In this document: piece by piece, positions 40,225-49,474 of the stretch
How the letters are laid out: each line of letters opens with the position of its first letter
Numbering within the stretch: the stretch's first letter is position 1
Assembly (NCBI GenBank): GCA_964475165.1
Contig: CAYYVN010000007.1
Span: forward strand, 44,178-108,177
DNA: 64,000 nt
Direction of reading: 5' to 3'
Origin: an uncultured Verrucomicrobiota bacterium
GTDB lineage: Bacteria; Verrucomicrobiota; Kiritimatiellia; JAAZAB01
Program-made: the position numbers and the translations under genes
Notes under the pieces: model-generated
Databases searched by the model: none
What the model was told of the DNA's origin: nothing
What the model saw: only the letters and a program-made list of their open reading frames with translations

Positions 40225-41108
40225 GCACGAGGATGGAATTGAGCATGGATGGATTTCAGACGCGCCGGATCCACATGGGTATAAATCTGCGTCGTAGCGA
40301 TATCGGCATGGCCCAGCATTTCCTGAATGACCCGCAGCGGGGCGCCGTTATGCAACAGATGGCTGGCGAAGGAATGGCGCAGGGTATGCGGACTGATCGG
40401 CTTGGCAATGCCGGCCTGGCGCGCATATTGCTTGACCAGTTTCCAGACGCTGCGGCGCTCGAAAGGCTGCCCGCGCCGCGTCAGAAACACCACCCGATTG
40501 GCGGGATCCTTGAGCCACAGCGGCCGCACCTGGCTTAAATAGGCCTGCAAGATCTGCCCGGAACGCTCCGAGAAGGGCACCACCCGCTCCTTCTGCCCCT
40601 TGCCAACGCATTGCAGGTAGCCGGCCTCGAAGTGCAGGTCTTCCAAGGTCAAGCGGCACAGCTCGGAGACGCGCAGGCCAGTGGCATAGAAGATTTCCAA
40701 GAGGGCCCGATCGCGCACGGCCTGGGGCTTAGTGCCGGTGGGCGCCGCCAGTAAACGCTCCACCTCGCGTTGCGATAAGGTGGCCGGCAGGATTTTCCAG
40801 AGCCGCGGCGAATCCATATCCTCCGCGACATTGCGCGCCAACAATGCTTCCTGATGCAGATAGCGCATCCACACCTTGATGGCGATGAAGAGACGCGAAA
40901 GCGAATTGGCGCTGAGCCCCTGCTCTTTTTCGCCCAGTAAAAAATCCAGGAGCTGCTGGCGGGTGAGCGCGTTCAAACTAACAATTTTATGCGCCGCGAG
41001 ATAAAGCGTGAATTTACGAAGATCAGCCGCATAGGCCAGGCGGGTATTGGGGCTCAAACCCCGCTCCAAAGAAATATAATCCAAATACTGATCAATGAGC
41101 GCATGCAT
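40221..41108 (-). CDS. xerD: Tyrosine site-specific recombinase, XerD/XerC-like
   Basis: N-terminal SAM-like region LIDQYLDYISLERGLSPNTRLAYAADL and the catalytic R...HxxR...Y box (HTLRHSFASHLLHNGAPLRVIQEMLGHADIATTQIYTHV). I prefer the ATG at 41108 (295 aa); the track's first codon is TTG at 41177. I cannot distinguish XerC from XerD from sequence alone. Confidence 0.75.
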   Translation of the reverse strand: MHALIDQYLDYISLERGLSPNTRLAYAADLRKFTLYLAAHKIVSLNALTRQQLLDFLLGEKEQGLSANSLSRLFIAIKVWMRYLHQEALLARNVAEDMDSPRLWKILPATLSQREVERLLAAPTGTKPQAVRDRALLEIFYATGLRVSELCRLTLEDLHFEAGYLQCVGKGQKERVVPFSERSGQILQAYLSQVRPLWLKDPANRVVFLTRRGQPFERRSVWKLVKQYARQAGIAKPISPHTLRHSFASHLLHNGAPLRVIQEMLGHADIATTQIYTHVDPARLKSIHAQFHPRA

Positions 41109-41188
41109 AAAGGCTGCTTTCCAAGAGAGACCCTCACCCGAGCCGGCCGCCCCACCCTCCGCTACGCCGGCGGCCAACGCCGGAACGG

Positions 41189-41509
41189 CTAGGGATGGGT
41201 CGGTAAGGGAATGATGGCATTGGTGAAAGCCGGGATATCGTTGGCCTCAAAACCCGCACTGGCAATGGTGAACTCCAGATTCTTCAGCGCCACAACCATC
41301 GAATTATAGGTGATAACCAATTCGCGTTTATCGATGTCGGGCCGGATGGATTGAATGCCCGGCTGATACAGAAAGGCATCTTGAATGATCTTGGTGCTGG
41401 CCGCATTGGTCAGGCCCGGCACGCGAATAACCACCGTGCGCATATCCTGGCGCCGACAGGCCCCCAGCGCCAGGCACACTAGCAACAACACTCTCCAGTA
41501 GATCCTCAT
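41189..41509 (-). CDS. Small lipoprotein, hypothetical
   Basis: MRIYWRVLLLVCLALGAC gives a signal peptide with an L-A-L-G-A-C lipobox. About 106 aa. Confidence 0.45.
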   Translation of the reverse strand: MRIYWRVLLLVCLALGACRRQDMRTVVIRVPGLTNAASTKIIQDAFLYQPGIQSIRPDIDKRELVITYNSMVVALKNLEFTIASAGFEANDIPAFTNAIIPLPTHP

Positions 41510-41623
41510 AAGCAAGCCTTTCGCGCGCTTCTCCAGGTCTTTTTACTGGCAGGCATTATGCGCATAGGGAGAGGGGATTGTCAAGCCAGTCACCGCCCCC
41601 GCCAAAAAAAGTAAAAAAAAGCC

Positions 41624-41652
41624 TTGACCTTGTATTTCGTATTACGTAATTT
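41624..41652 (+). promoter_or_regulatory. Promoter (TTGACC, 17-nt spacer, TAATTT) with an overlapping 10-bp perfect palindrome ATTACGTAAT, a candidate MarR operator
   Basis: TTGACC at 41624-41629, a 17-nt spacer, and TAATTT at 41647-41652. The palindrome ATTACGTAAT lies at 41641-41650. The marR ATG at 41660 is only about 8 nt from the -10, so the transcript may be leaderless or have a very short leader. Confidence 0.4.
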
Positions 41653-41659
41653 CCGCTTT

Positions 41660-42169
41660 ATGAACATTCCAAAAAAGAAAAGACCAGCGGCGATGCCCCT
41701 GGAGGATTTCGCCGACCGGCTGCAGCTGACCATGCGCCGCCTGGCGCGCGCCCAACTGCGCCAGGAACGCGATTACCTCTCGCGCGGACTGATCACCCTG
41801 CCCCAGTTCCGGGCGCTCTACCAGGTGGCCGAGATGGGCACCTGCTCCATGCGCGCCCTGGCCAAGGCGCAGGGACTCAAGGCCTCGACGGTCACCGGCC
41901 TGGTCGATCGCCTGGTCCGCCTGCGCTTATTGAAGCGCGGCGCCTGCTCAACCGATCGCCGCACCGTGCTCGTATCCATTACGCCCAAAGGCCATAAAAT
42001 CATGCAGAAATGGCACACTGAACATCATCGGAACATCCTCCGCCTTTTTCAGCATATCTCGCCGCAGGAACGGGCCATCTATCTGGAGATCACCGAGCAG
42101 ATCGTGGCGGCCTTTGCGCCAGCAACCAATCACCCTTCGACCACACCGCCGGCAGAAAGGAAGCCTTGA
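41660..42169 (+). CDS. MarR-family transcriptional regulator
   Basis: The winged-HTH pattern LITLPQFRALYQVAEMGTCSMRALAKAQGLKASTVTGLVDRLVRLRLLKRGACSTDRRTVLVSITPKGH. It heads the efflux operon. Confidence 0.8.
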   Translation: MNIPKKKRPAAMPLEDFADRLQLTMRRLARAQLRQERDYLSRGLITLPQFRALYQVAEMGTCSMRALAKAQGLKASTVTGLVDRLVRLRLLKRGACSTDRRTVLVSITPKGHKIMQKWHTEHHRNILRLFQHISPQERAIYLEITEQIVAAFAPATNHPSTTPPAERKP

Positions 42170-43716
42170 ATATGCCCCCGCGCTGGATATGGATCGCTAT
42201 CTGCTGGCTGGCCCTGACCTGGGGCGCCGCGGCCGCCAACGCCGCCGAGCCGCCAACGCCGCCCGCCGGGTTTGACCGTGAAGCTTACTTGGAAGGCGCG
42301 CGCTCCGATGTCCGCTTGCGCCTCGGCCGGGTGGATTGCCTGGCCTATGCGCTCCAAAACAACACGGCCATCAGGATCAAGCGGCTCCAACCGCTCTTGG
42401 CGGAAGCTGACACGCGCCAGGCCCAAGCTACCTTTGATCCCAGCCTGATCTTCGAAGGCATACTGAGCGATAGCACCGAGCTCTCGCCCAACCTGATCTA
42501 TGGCACCAATATATCCATGATGCGCTCCGGCGCCCTCAAGGCCGGCCTGACCGGCAAGCTCTGGAGCGGCGCCCAATATGAATTGGCCTTGGATGCCGGC
42601 CGTTTCAAGTCCAGTTCGCCCACGGCCCTCATCGATCCCGCCTATCGCCTGGAACCCCAGCTGACCATCACCCAGCCGTTGTTGCGCGGGGCCGGTATCA
42701 CCGTCAACCAGGCGGCCATCATCATCGCCCGGAACAATTTGCTGCTTTCCTCGAATAATGTGCAGGAGACAGCCATGGATATCACCAGCCAGACGCTGGT
42801 GGCCTATTATGATCTCTATCATGGCCGGGCCTATCTGGCGATTGAGATGGAAGCTCTCGAACGCGCGCGGCTCCTGTTGAGCATCAACCAGGCGCGCCAT
42901 GCCAAGGGGCTGATCAGTTCGGTGGATCTGCTCGAAACCGAAACCGAGCTGGCCAAACGCATGAAACGCGTCATCGCCGCCGAGGCCGCTATGCTCAACG
43001 CCGAAGACGCGCTGAAGCTGGTGACCAATCTGGTGGATGATCCGGCACTCTGGAATGCGCAAGTGGAGCTCTTGGAGGAACCGGTGCTCAGTCTGCGGCG
43101 CATCCAGCTGGTGCAGAGCCTGGAACGCGCTTTCGACCACCGCCTGGATTATCAAGCCCTGAAAATTGCGCTGGCCAACCGCGATATCCAGATCCAGGTC
43201 GCGCGCAATAATCTCTGGCCCACCCTGGACTTGATAGGCAGTTTTGGGCTCAATGGCCTGGGCCAGGATTGGTCGGAGGCCGCCGAGTATGCCAACCTGG
43301 ATTACAAGGATTGGATGGCCGGCCTGCGCCTGACGATTCCCTGGGGACGCGCCAACCGCGCCGCCTACGATAAGAGCCGCTGGGAAAAAATACAGGCTCT
43401 GCTGGAGCTCAAACGCCTGGAGCAAGACATCATCTTCCAGGTGCGCAACCGGGTACGGGAAGTGGAGATTCAATATCGTCAGATGGAAGCGGCCATGTTG
43501 GCTTCCGATCTGGAAGCCGAAAATTACGAGGCCTACCAAGAACGCTACGCGGCCGGCCACATCAGCACCCATGATATTCTCGATTATCACAACCGACTAG
43601 CCACGGCCCGCTTGGATTATATCAAGGCCCTGATTGATTATCAGATTGGCCTGATTCGTCTCGACCAGGCCGAAGGCATGACGCTCGTCCGCAACAACAT
43701 CACCCTGGAGAATTAA
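42166..43716 (+). CDS. TolC-family outer-membrane efflux protein
   Basis: A signal peptide, two tandem OEP repeats with coiled-coil heptads, 516 aa, and a position upstream of the MFP and RND genes. Confidence 0.75.
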   Translation: MNMPPRWIWIAICWLALTWGAAAANAAEPPTPPAGFDREAYLEGARSDVRLRLGRVDCLAYALQNNTAIRIKRLQPLLAEADTRQAQATFDPSLIFEGILSDSTELSPNLIYGTNISMMRSGALKAGLTGKLWSGAQYELALDAGRFKSSSPTALIDPAYRLEPQLTITQPLLRGAGITVNQAAIIIARNNLLLSSNNVQETAMDITSQTLVAYYDLYHGRAYLAIEMEALERARLLLSINQARHAKGLISSVDLLETETELAKRMKRVIAAEAAMLNAEDALKLVTNLVDDPALWNAQVELLEEPVLSLRRIQLVQSLERAFDHRLDYQALKIALANRDIQIQVARNNLWPTLDLIGSFGLNGLGQDWSEAAEYANLDYKDWMAGLRLTIPWGRANRAAYDKSRWEKIQALLELKRLEQDIIFQVRNRVREVEIQYRQMEAAMLASDLEAENYEAYQERYAAGHISTHDILDYHNRLATARLDYIKALIDYQIGLIRLDQAEGMTLVRNNITLEN

Positions 43717-43718
43717 AT

Positions 43719-44696
43719 ATGATCCGGCCCCGCATCAGCCGTCAACGACTGGCTCCCATGAGGAGCTCCCAACCTGCTATCCCCCCACCCCGCCGCGCGG
43801 CGCGGAGCGGTGCCGCGCTGGCGCTGCTGCCGGCCGTGCTGCTGGGCGCGCTCATGCAGGGCGGCTGCCGCCCGGCGCCGCCAGCGGCCGCGGAAGCGAT
43901 CCCCGTGCGCATCATGCGCGTCGAGCAGCAGACCTTGAGGCTCTCGCTCGACTACGCCGGCGATATCCGCGCCCGTGAGGAAGTGCTCGTCTATCCCAAG
44001 GTGGCCGGCAAAATCGCTCACAAGGTGCGCGAGGAAGGCAGCCGCGTGCAGAAAGGCGAGAGCATCGCTTATATCGACCGCGACGAGGTCGGCTTCACCT
44101 ACGCCCCGGCCCCGGTGGAAAGCCCTCTGGCCGGCCTGGTGGGCCGGGTGTATGTGGACCGCGGCACCAGCGTTAGCCCCCAGACGCCCATCGCCCTGGT
44201 GGTGGATAATGAGGCGATGGAACTGACCCTGGATGTGCCCGAGAAATTCTGGGCGCTGCTTAAACTGGGGCTCTCCGCCGAACTGAAGGTCGAGGCCTGG
44301 CCGGAAGAAACTTTTCAGGGCCAAGTGACCAAGATCAGCCCGGTGATTGATTTGGAAACGCGTACGACGCCGGTGACCATCACCCTAGCCAACCCTGAAG
44401 GACGCCTGCAATCGGGTATGTTTGCCCGCGTGCGCCTGATCATTGAGGAGCACACCGCGCCGGTGGTTATCAAGGAAGCCCTGCTGGGTAAGATCCCCGA
44501 TGCTTATGTCTTTCTGGCCCAGGATGGCGTGGCCCGGATCAGGGATGTGAGCTTGGGCATCCGCGAAGGCAATCGTTATGAGGTTACCGCCGGCCTGCAG
44601 CCGGGAGATCTGGTGGTGATCATGGGGCAACAACGCCTGCAAGACGGCAGCGCCATCAAAGCCGAAGAGAATGCGCCCGGCGAAGTCTCTTATTGA
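43719..44696 (+). CDS. RND efflux periplasmic adaptor (membrane fusion protein, HlyD/AcrA family)
   Basis: An N-terminal signal/anchor with a Cys (LMQGGCRP), biotinyl-lipoyl-like and beta-barrel regions (GRVYVDRGTSVSPQTPIALVVDNEAMEL...), and an RND-operon context. Confidence 0.75.
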   Translation: MIRPRISRQRLAPMRSSQPAIPPPRRAARSGAALALLPAVLLGALMQGGCRPAPPAAAEAIPVRIMRVEQQTLRLSLDYAGDIRAREEVLVYPKVAGKIAHKVREEGSRVQKGESIAYIDRDEVGFTYAPAPVESPLAGLVGRVYVDRGTSVSPQTPIALVVDNEAMELTLDVPEKFWALLKLGLSAELKVEAWPEETFQGQVTKISPVIDLETRTTPVTITLANPEGRLQSGMFARVRLIIEEHTAPVVIKEALLGKIPDAYVFLAQDGVARIRDVSLGIREGNRYEVTAGLQPGDLVVIMGQQRLQDGSAIKAEENAPGEVSY

Positions 44697-44718
44697 TTCC
44701 GATTAAAGGATTTTTAAC

Positions 44719-47700
44719 ATGAATCTGCCAGATTTTGGCGTTCGCAAGCCAGTCACCAACCTGATGATCTTCCTGGGGATCATCGTCCTCTCCCTCTATG
44801 CCTTGAGCCGTTTGGGCGTGGATATGATGCCCGAAATCGAGCCGCCCGCTATTTCGGTGATCTCCACCTATTCCGGCGCCAGCCCGGAAGATGTTGAGAC
44901 CAAGGTCACCGAACCGCTGGAAAACCAGCTGGCCACCACGCCCGGACTCGAAAAGATCACCTCGCGCTCGCAGGAGGGAGTCTCCGTCATTACCCTGCGC
45001 TTCGTCTGGGGGCAGAACCTCGATGAGGCTTCCAATGATATCCGCGACCGCATCGAATTGGCCAAGCGGCTCCTGCCCGACATTCCCGATGAGATGGATA
45101 ATCCCTTCATCTTCAAATTCAATACGGCCATGACGCCCGTTCTGCTCGTGGGCATCACCGCCGAGCGTTCCTATGCCGAACTGCACGATATGATCGATAA
45201 ACGCATCGGCGACAGCCTGCGCCAGATCCCCGGCGTCGGCACGGTGCAGGTCCATGGCGGCCTGGAGCGGCAGATCAATGTGTGGATCGATCGTGCCAAG
45301 CTGGAAAGCACCGGCTTCTCCATCCTGGAAGTGCGCGATATCCTGGCCCGCGAAAACATCACCCAACCGGTGGGCGATCTGAAAATGGGGCTTTCCGACT
45401 ATCTCTTGCGCCTGCCCGGCGAGTTCACCAGCCCGGAAGAAATCAACTCGGTGATCCTGGGCCAGCGCCAGGGCAAACTGATTTACCTCAAAGATGTGGC
45501 GCGGGTGGAGGATGGCCACAAGGAAAAATCCAGCATCGTACGCATCAACGGCCGCAATGGCGTGCGCCTGATGGTCCAGAAACAGACCGGCATGAACACG
45601 GTGCAGGTCGCCAAACGCGTCAAGCAAAAGCTCCAGGAGCTGGAACCCTTGCTGCCCGCCGATGTCGAGATGCATATGGTCATGGATACCTCACAGAATA
45701 TCCTCAACTCGCTGAACACTTTGACGACTACGGCGCGCGATGCAGCTCTGCTGGTGATTATGATCACCTGGTTTTTCCTGCGCCGCTTTCGCCCCAGCAT
45801 GATCATCGCCCTGACCATCCCCTGCTCGCTCTTGATCGCCTTCATCTATCTCTTTATGGCCGGCAAAACGATCAATGTCATCAGCCTCTCGGCCTTGACC
45901 ATCGTCATCGGCATGGTGGTGGATGATGCCATCGTGGTGGTGGATAACATCATGCGCCATCTGGATCGCGGCCAGCGCTCGCGCGAGGCGGCCATCTTCG
46001 GCACGGTGGAAATGTTCCTGGCCATTCTGGCTTCCACCTCCACCACGGTGGTGGTCTTTCTGCCGCTCTTATTCGTTTCCGGCGTGGTCGGCATCATGTT
46101 CGGCGAACTGGCCATCATCATCGTGGTGACGCTGCTGGCTTCGCTCTTCACCGCCACCACCCTAACGCCCATGTTATGCTCGCAATGGCTCAAGCCCAAA
46201 GGACAGGAAGCGCCGACGCCGGCGCCTTTCCGTAAAATCTATGACTTGGCCGAACGCTGGTTCACAGCCTTGGAACGCGTCTATAGCCAGGCCTTAAATT
46301 GGTCGCTGGCCCATCGAAAGACCATCATTTTCGGCTTCAGCGGTGTTTTCCTGGCCAGCCTGATGCTGATTCCGCTGATCGGCACAGAGTTTGTGCCGGA
46401 GAGCGACTCGGGCGATTTGAGCATCACGGCCCAGCTGCCGATTGGCACGCGCGTTGAGGAATCCGATCTGGTGGCCAGCCGCTTGGAGGAGATCATTAAA
46501 GAGGCCATTCCCGAACGCCGCTTTTACAGCATGCAAAGCGGCACAGGCGGCGGTATGGCCGCCATCTTCGGCGGCGCGGCCGGCTCGCATGTGATCTCCA
46601 GCCGCATCAAGCTCATACCCAAAACCGAACGCGAGCGCAGTGCCAAGACCATCGCGCAGGATCTCCGCACCCGCGTACGCGAGATTCCGGGGGTCCTGAA
46701 AACGGATGTCAGTGCGGGCAATCCGATGGGCCAGCTGATCACTGGCTCGGGCGGCAAAAAAATCCAAGTGGAAATCATCGGCCATTCCTTCGTCGATACC
46801 GAAATGGTGGGCGAAAAGATCAAGGCCATCATGGAACGCATTCCGGGAACGGTGGATGTGAGCATCTCGCGCGAATTGCGCCGGCCCGAAATGCATATCC
46901 ATGTGGATCGCGAAAAAGCCGCCGCTCTCAACCTGAATATGCGCACTATTTCCGAGAGCGTCCGCACCTTCTTCGAAGGCGCCACCGCCAGCAAATACCG
47001 CGAGCAAGGCGAAACCTACGATATCTATGTCCGCCTGGAAGAAGCCTTTCGTTCCCAACCGGAGGATCTGGAAAACCTGAGCATCGTCTCGCCCTATACC
47101 CAGCGCCTGCTCAAGCTGGCTAATTTTGCCAGCCTCAAGGAAACCGTCGGGCCGGTGGATATTGAGCGCAAGAACCGCGAACGCATGCTGGTGGTGGAAT
47201 GCAATACGCACCAGCGCTCGCTGGGCGACGTCATAGCGGATATCGAGCGGGAGATTGTCGGCATCACCCTGCCCGCGGATGTGAGTATTGATATCGGCGG
47301 CGAAGCTGAAGAACAGGCCAAGGCCTTCCGCGACCTGCTCTTCCTGCTCCTCCTGGGCCTGGCGCTGGTCTATATGGTCATGGCCGCCCAGTTCGAGTCC
47401 TTGCTGGATCCCTTCATCATCATGTTTGCCGTGCCCTTCACCTTCACGGGAGTTATCCTGGCCTTTCTGGTGACCAAGACCACCTTGAGCGTCATCACTT
47501 TTCTGGGCATCGTAATGCTGATGGGCATTGTCGTCAAAAATGCCATTGTGCTCATCAGCTACATCAATATCTTGCGGGCGCGCGGGCTATCCGTCTTGGA
47601 AGCCGTCACGGTTGGCGGCGCGCATCGCTTGCGCCCCGTGCTGATGACCACTTTTTCGACCTTGATCGGCTTGATGCCCATGGCTTTCTCGCGCGGTGAA

Positions 47701-47853
47701 GGCTCGGAAACCTGGCAGCCGCTGGGGGTCACCATGATCGGCGGCCTGCTGGTCTCCACCTTCATCACCATGCTCTTCGTGCCAACCCTCTATGCCGTTT
47801 TTGAGTCTCGCATCCGCAAAAATCAACGCAATCATAATGGAAATAAGCGATGA
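44719..47853 (+). CDS. RND-family efflux transporter permease (AcrB/HAE1-like)
   Basis: 1,044 aa with 12 TM helices and two large periplasmic loops, plus conserved RND motifs (VVDDAIVVVDN, LSALTIVIGMVVDDAIV). Confidence 0.85.
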   Translation: MNLPDFGVRKPVTNLMIFLGIIVLSLYALSRLGVDMMPEIEPPAISVISTYSGASPEDVETKVTEPLENQLATTPGLEKITSRSQEGVSVITLRFVWGQNLDEASNDIRDRIELAKRLLPDIPDEMDNPFIFKFNTAMTPVLLVGITAERSYAELHDMIDKRIGDSLRQIPGVGTVQVHGGLERQINVWIDRAKLESTGFSILEVRDILARENITQPVGDLKMGLSDYLLRLPGEFTSPEEINSVILGQRQGKLIYLKDVARVEDGHKEKSSIVRINGRNGVRLMVQKQTGMNTVQVAKRVKQKLQELEPLLPADVEMHMVMDTSQNILNSLNTLTTTARDAALLVIMITWFFLRRFRPSMIIALTIPCSLLIAFIYLFMAGKTINVISLSALTIVIGMVVDDAIVVVDNIMRHLDRGQRSREAAIFGTVEMFLAILASTSTTVVVFLPLLFVSGVVGIMFGELAIIIVVTLLASLFTATTLTPMLCSQWLKPKGQEAPTPAPFRKIYDLAERWFTALERVYSQALNWSLAHRKTIIFGFSGVFLASLMLIPLIGTEFVPESDSGDLSITAQLPIGTRVEESDLVASRLEEIIKEAIPERRFYSMQSGTGGGMAAIFGGAAGSHVISSRIKLIPKTERERSAKTIAQDLRTRVREIPGVLKTDVSAGNPMGQLITGSGGKKIQVEIIGHSFVDTEMVGEKIKAIMERIPGTVDVSISRELRRPEMHIHVDREKAAALNLNMRTISESVRTFFEGATASKYREQGETYDIYVRLEEAFRSQPEDLENLSIVSPYTQRLLKLANFASLKETVGPVDIERKNRERMLVVECNTHQRSLGDVIADIEREIVGITLPADVSIDIGGEAEEQAKAFRDLLFLLLLGLALVYMVMAAQFESLLDPFIIMFAVPFTFTGVILAFLVTKTTLSVITFLGIVMLMGIVVKNAIVLISYINILRARGLSVLEAVTVGGAHRLRPVLMTTFSTLIGLMPMAFSRGEGSETWQPLGVTMIGGLLVSTFITMLFVPTLYAVFESRIRKNQRNHNGNKR

Positions 47854-48140
47854 AAATGATCATGTTGGTCTTCAATGAAGCCATTGATGCTGAGTTGATG
47901 GAAATGATGCAAGCCTGCCAGTTGCATAACTATACCCGCTTCAATGGGATCTTGGGCAAGGGCGAAACCTCGGGCACGCACCTGGGCACGGATATCTGGC
48001 CGGGACGCAACAATCTCCTGCTCTTGGCCGTCGCCGCCGAACAAGTGCCGCCAGTGATCAGCCGCGTGCAGGCCTTGCGCGCCAAAATGGGCGCCGAGGG
48101 CGTCAAGGCTTTCGTCTGGAACTTAGAAGAGATCACCTAG
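47850..48140 (+). CDS. Small PII-like (GlnB-fold) protein translationally coupled to the RND permease, DUF3240-like
   Basis: 96 aa. MKMIMLVFNEAIDAELMEMM... gives a beta-alpha-beta start typical of the PII/CutA fold. Its ATG overlaps the RND stop (ATGA). Confidence 0.45.
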   Translation: MKMIMLVFNEAIDAELMEMMQACQLHNYTRFNGILGKGETSGTHLGTDIWPGRNNLLLLAVAAEQVPPVISRVQALRAKMGAEGVKAFVWNLEEIT

Positions 48141-48157
48141 CCCAGCTGGATCTGTCA

Positions 48158-49381
48158 CTATTTGCGCCTGATCACGGCCGGCACAGTTTTCCAGCCCAGA
48201 CTGCGGCAGGCCTGCAGACGCAGATGCCCAGCCACCACCTGGTAGGAAACACCATCCGGACGCGGCTTAACCACAATCGGCTGCAGCAGGCCCATCTCGG
48301 TAATCTTCAAGGCCATATCTTTGACTTGCTGTTCCGTGGCCGGATGGCTGGTCAGTCCCGTGGGATCAACGATGAGATGCACATCCAGCTCAGTGATTTC
48401 CGCGGCGGCCTGGGCGGCCTCGCCGCCATTGGCGCGCCGCCCGGCCTGAATGCCCATGCGGTAGGAATAGACATAGGGAATGGCAAAATCAACATTGGGA
48501 TTGGCCTGGAACTTATCGAAGATCTGACGGGTAATCTCATAGACGATGCGCGGACGATCCTTGGCGAGGGTCATGTAACGCAAGCGCATGTAAACCCCGT
48601 AATCATAAAAATCGGAGCGGATATAGGGCTGCTGACCGGTTTGCTCGATCACCTCGCAGGTGACAGCGGTGGCGGCCGCCACTAAAATATCCTCGGCCAC
48701 CTTCCAGTTCGAATCGTAGGTGATCCGCACCACCACTTCATCCAACACATAGGGCTCCATCTGCTGGGGCGTGTAATTGATAACCACATTGCTGAACAGC
48801 ATGGCGTTGGGGATGAGCACATGCCGCCCGATAGCTTCCTCAGTGCCCACCGTGCCCCCCACTTGATTGAGCACGGTATACATCATACCCATCTGGCGCA
48901 CATCGCCGATCAAGCCCAGGCTGGGCAATAAGACGCGGTCGCCGATCCGGAAAGGACGCTTAACGCTCACCAGCACCCAGGCCGCCAAACCGCTGATGGG
49001 CGCCTGCAACGACCAGCCCATCAACAGCCCCACAAAGGGCGCCACCGCCACCCAGGAACCGGCCAGCTTGCCGATGTAATGGAAAAAAACCGCCACGATC
49101 ATGACGCCCGCGCCAAAACGCAGCAAGGCGGCCACCATGCTGACCTCACTCGGCGCGCCGCGCCGCAGGTGCACCTTGACGGTAAACAGCAAAATGCCAA
49201 GCTCATACACAGTCAGCGTGGCGGCGGTTAGGACCAGGAAATCGATCAGGGAATGGCCAGGCGAGAAAAACAAGAGGCTCACTCCCATACGGCCCAGGGC
49301 GTAAAAGCCAACCGTCAGCAGCATGAAAAAAAAGAGCAGGCCGATGCGGATACGCGTTTGAACTATATCTTTTGGGGCCAT
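48158..49381 (-). CDS. MscS-family mechanosensitive channel with a C-terminal ParB/sulfiredoxin-like (ParBc) domain
   Basis: The MscS core (TM helices, then GDRVLLPSLGLIGDVRQMGMMYTVL...VLIPNAMLFSNVVINYT). The last 80 aa, ITELDVHLIVDPTGLTSHPATEQQVKDMALKITEMGLLQPIVVKPRPDGVSYQVVAGHLRLQACRSLGWKTVPAVIRRK, match the ParB N-terminal box (GLLQPIxV...Y.vvAG.xRxxA...G....PAxIR). I prefer the ATG at 49381, which has an AAGAGG Shine-Dalgarno; the track's first codon is TTG at 49465. Confidence 0.7.
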   Translation of the reverse strand: MAPKDIVQTRIRIGLLFFFMLLTVGFYALGRMGVSLLFFSPGHSLIDFLVLTAATLTVYELGILLFTVKVHLRRGAPSEVSMVAALLRFGAGVMIVAVFFHYIGKLAGSWVAVAPFVGLLMGWSLQAPISGLAAWVLVSVKRPFRIGDRVLLPSLGLIGDVRQMGMMYTVLNQVGGTVGTEEAIGRHVLIPNAMLFSNVVINYTPQQMEPYVLDEVVVRITYDSNWKVAEDILVAAATAVTCEVIEQTGQQPYIRSDFYDYGVYMRLRYMTLAKDRPRIVYEITRQIFDKFQANPNVDFAIPYVYSYRMGIQAGRRANGGEAAQAAAEITELDVHLIVDPTGLTSHPATEQQVKDMALKITEMGLLQPIVVKPRPDGVSYQVVAGHLRLQACRSLGWKTVPAVIRRK

Positions 49382-49474
49382 GCATGCCTCTTGAGCCAGC
49401 ACTTTAGCGCCGCTTCCCGATGGCGCTGTAACCTGAACATATTCAGGCCGAGGGATCAAGCCCAAACTGGGGTC

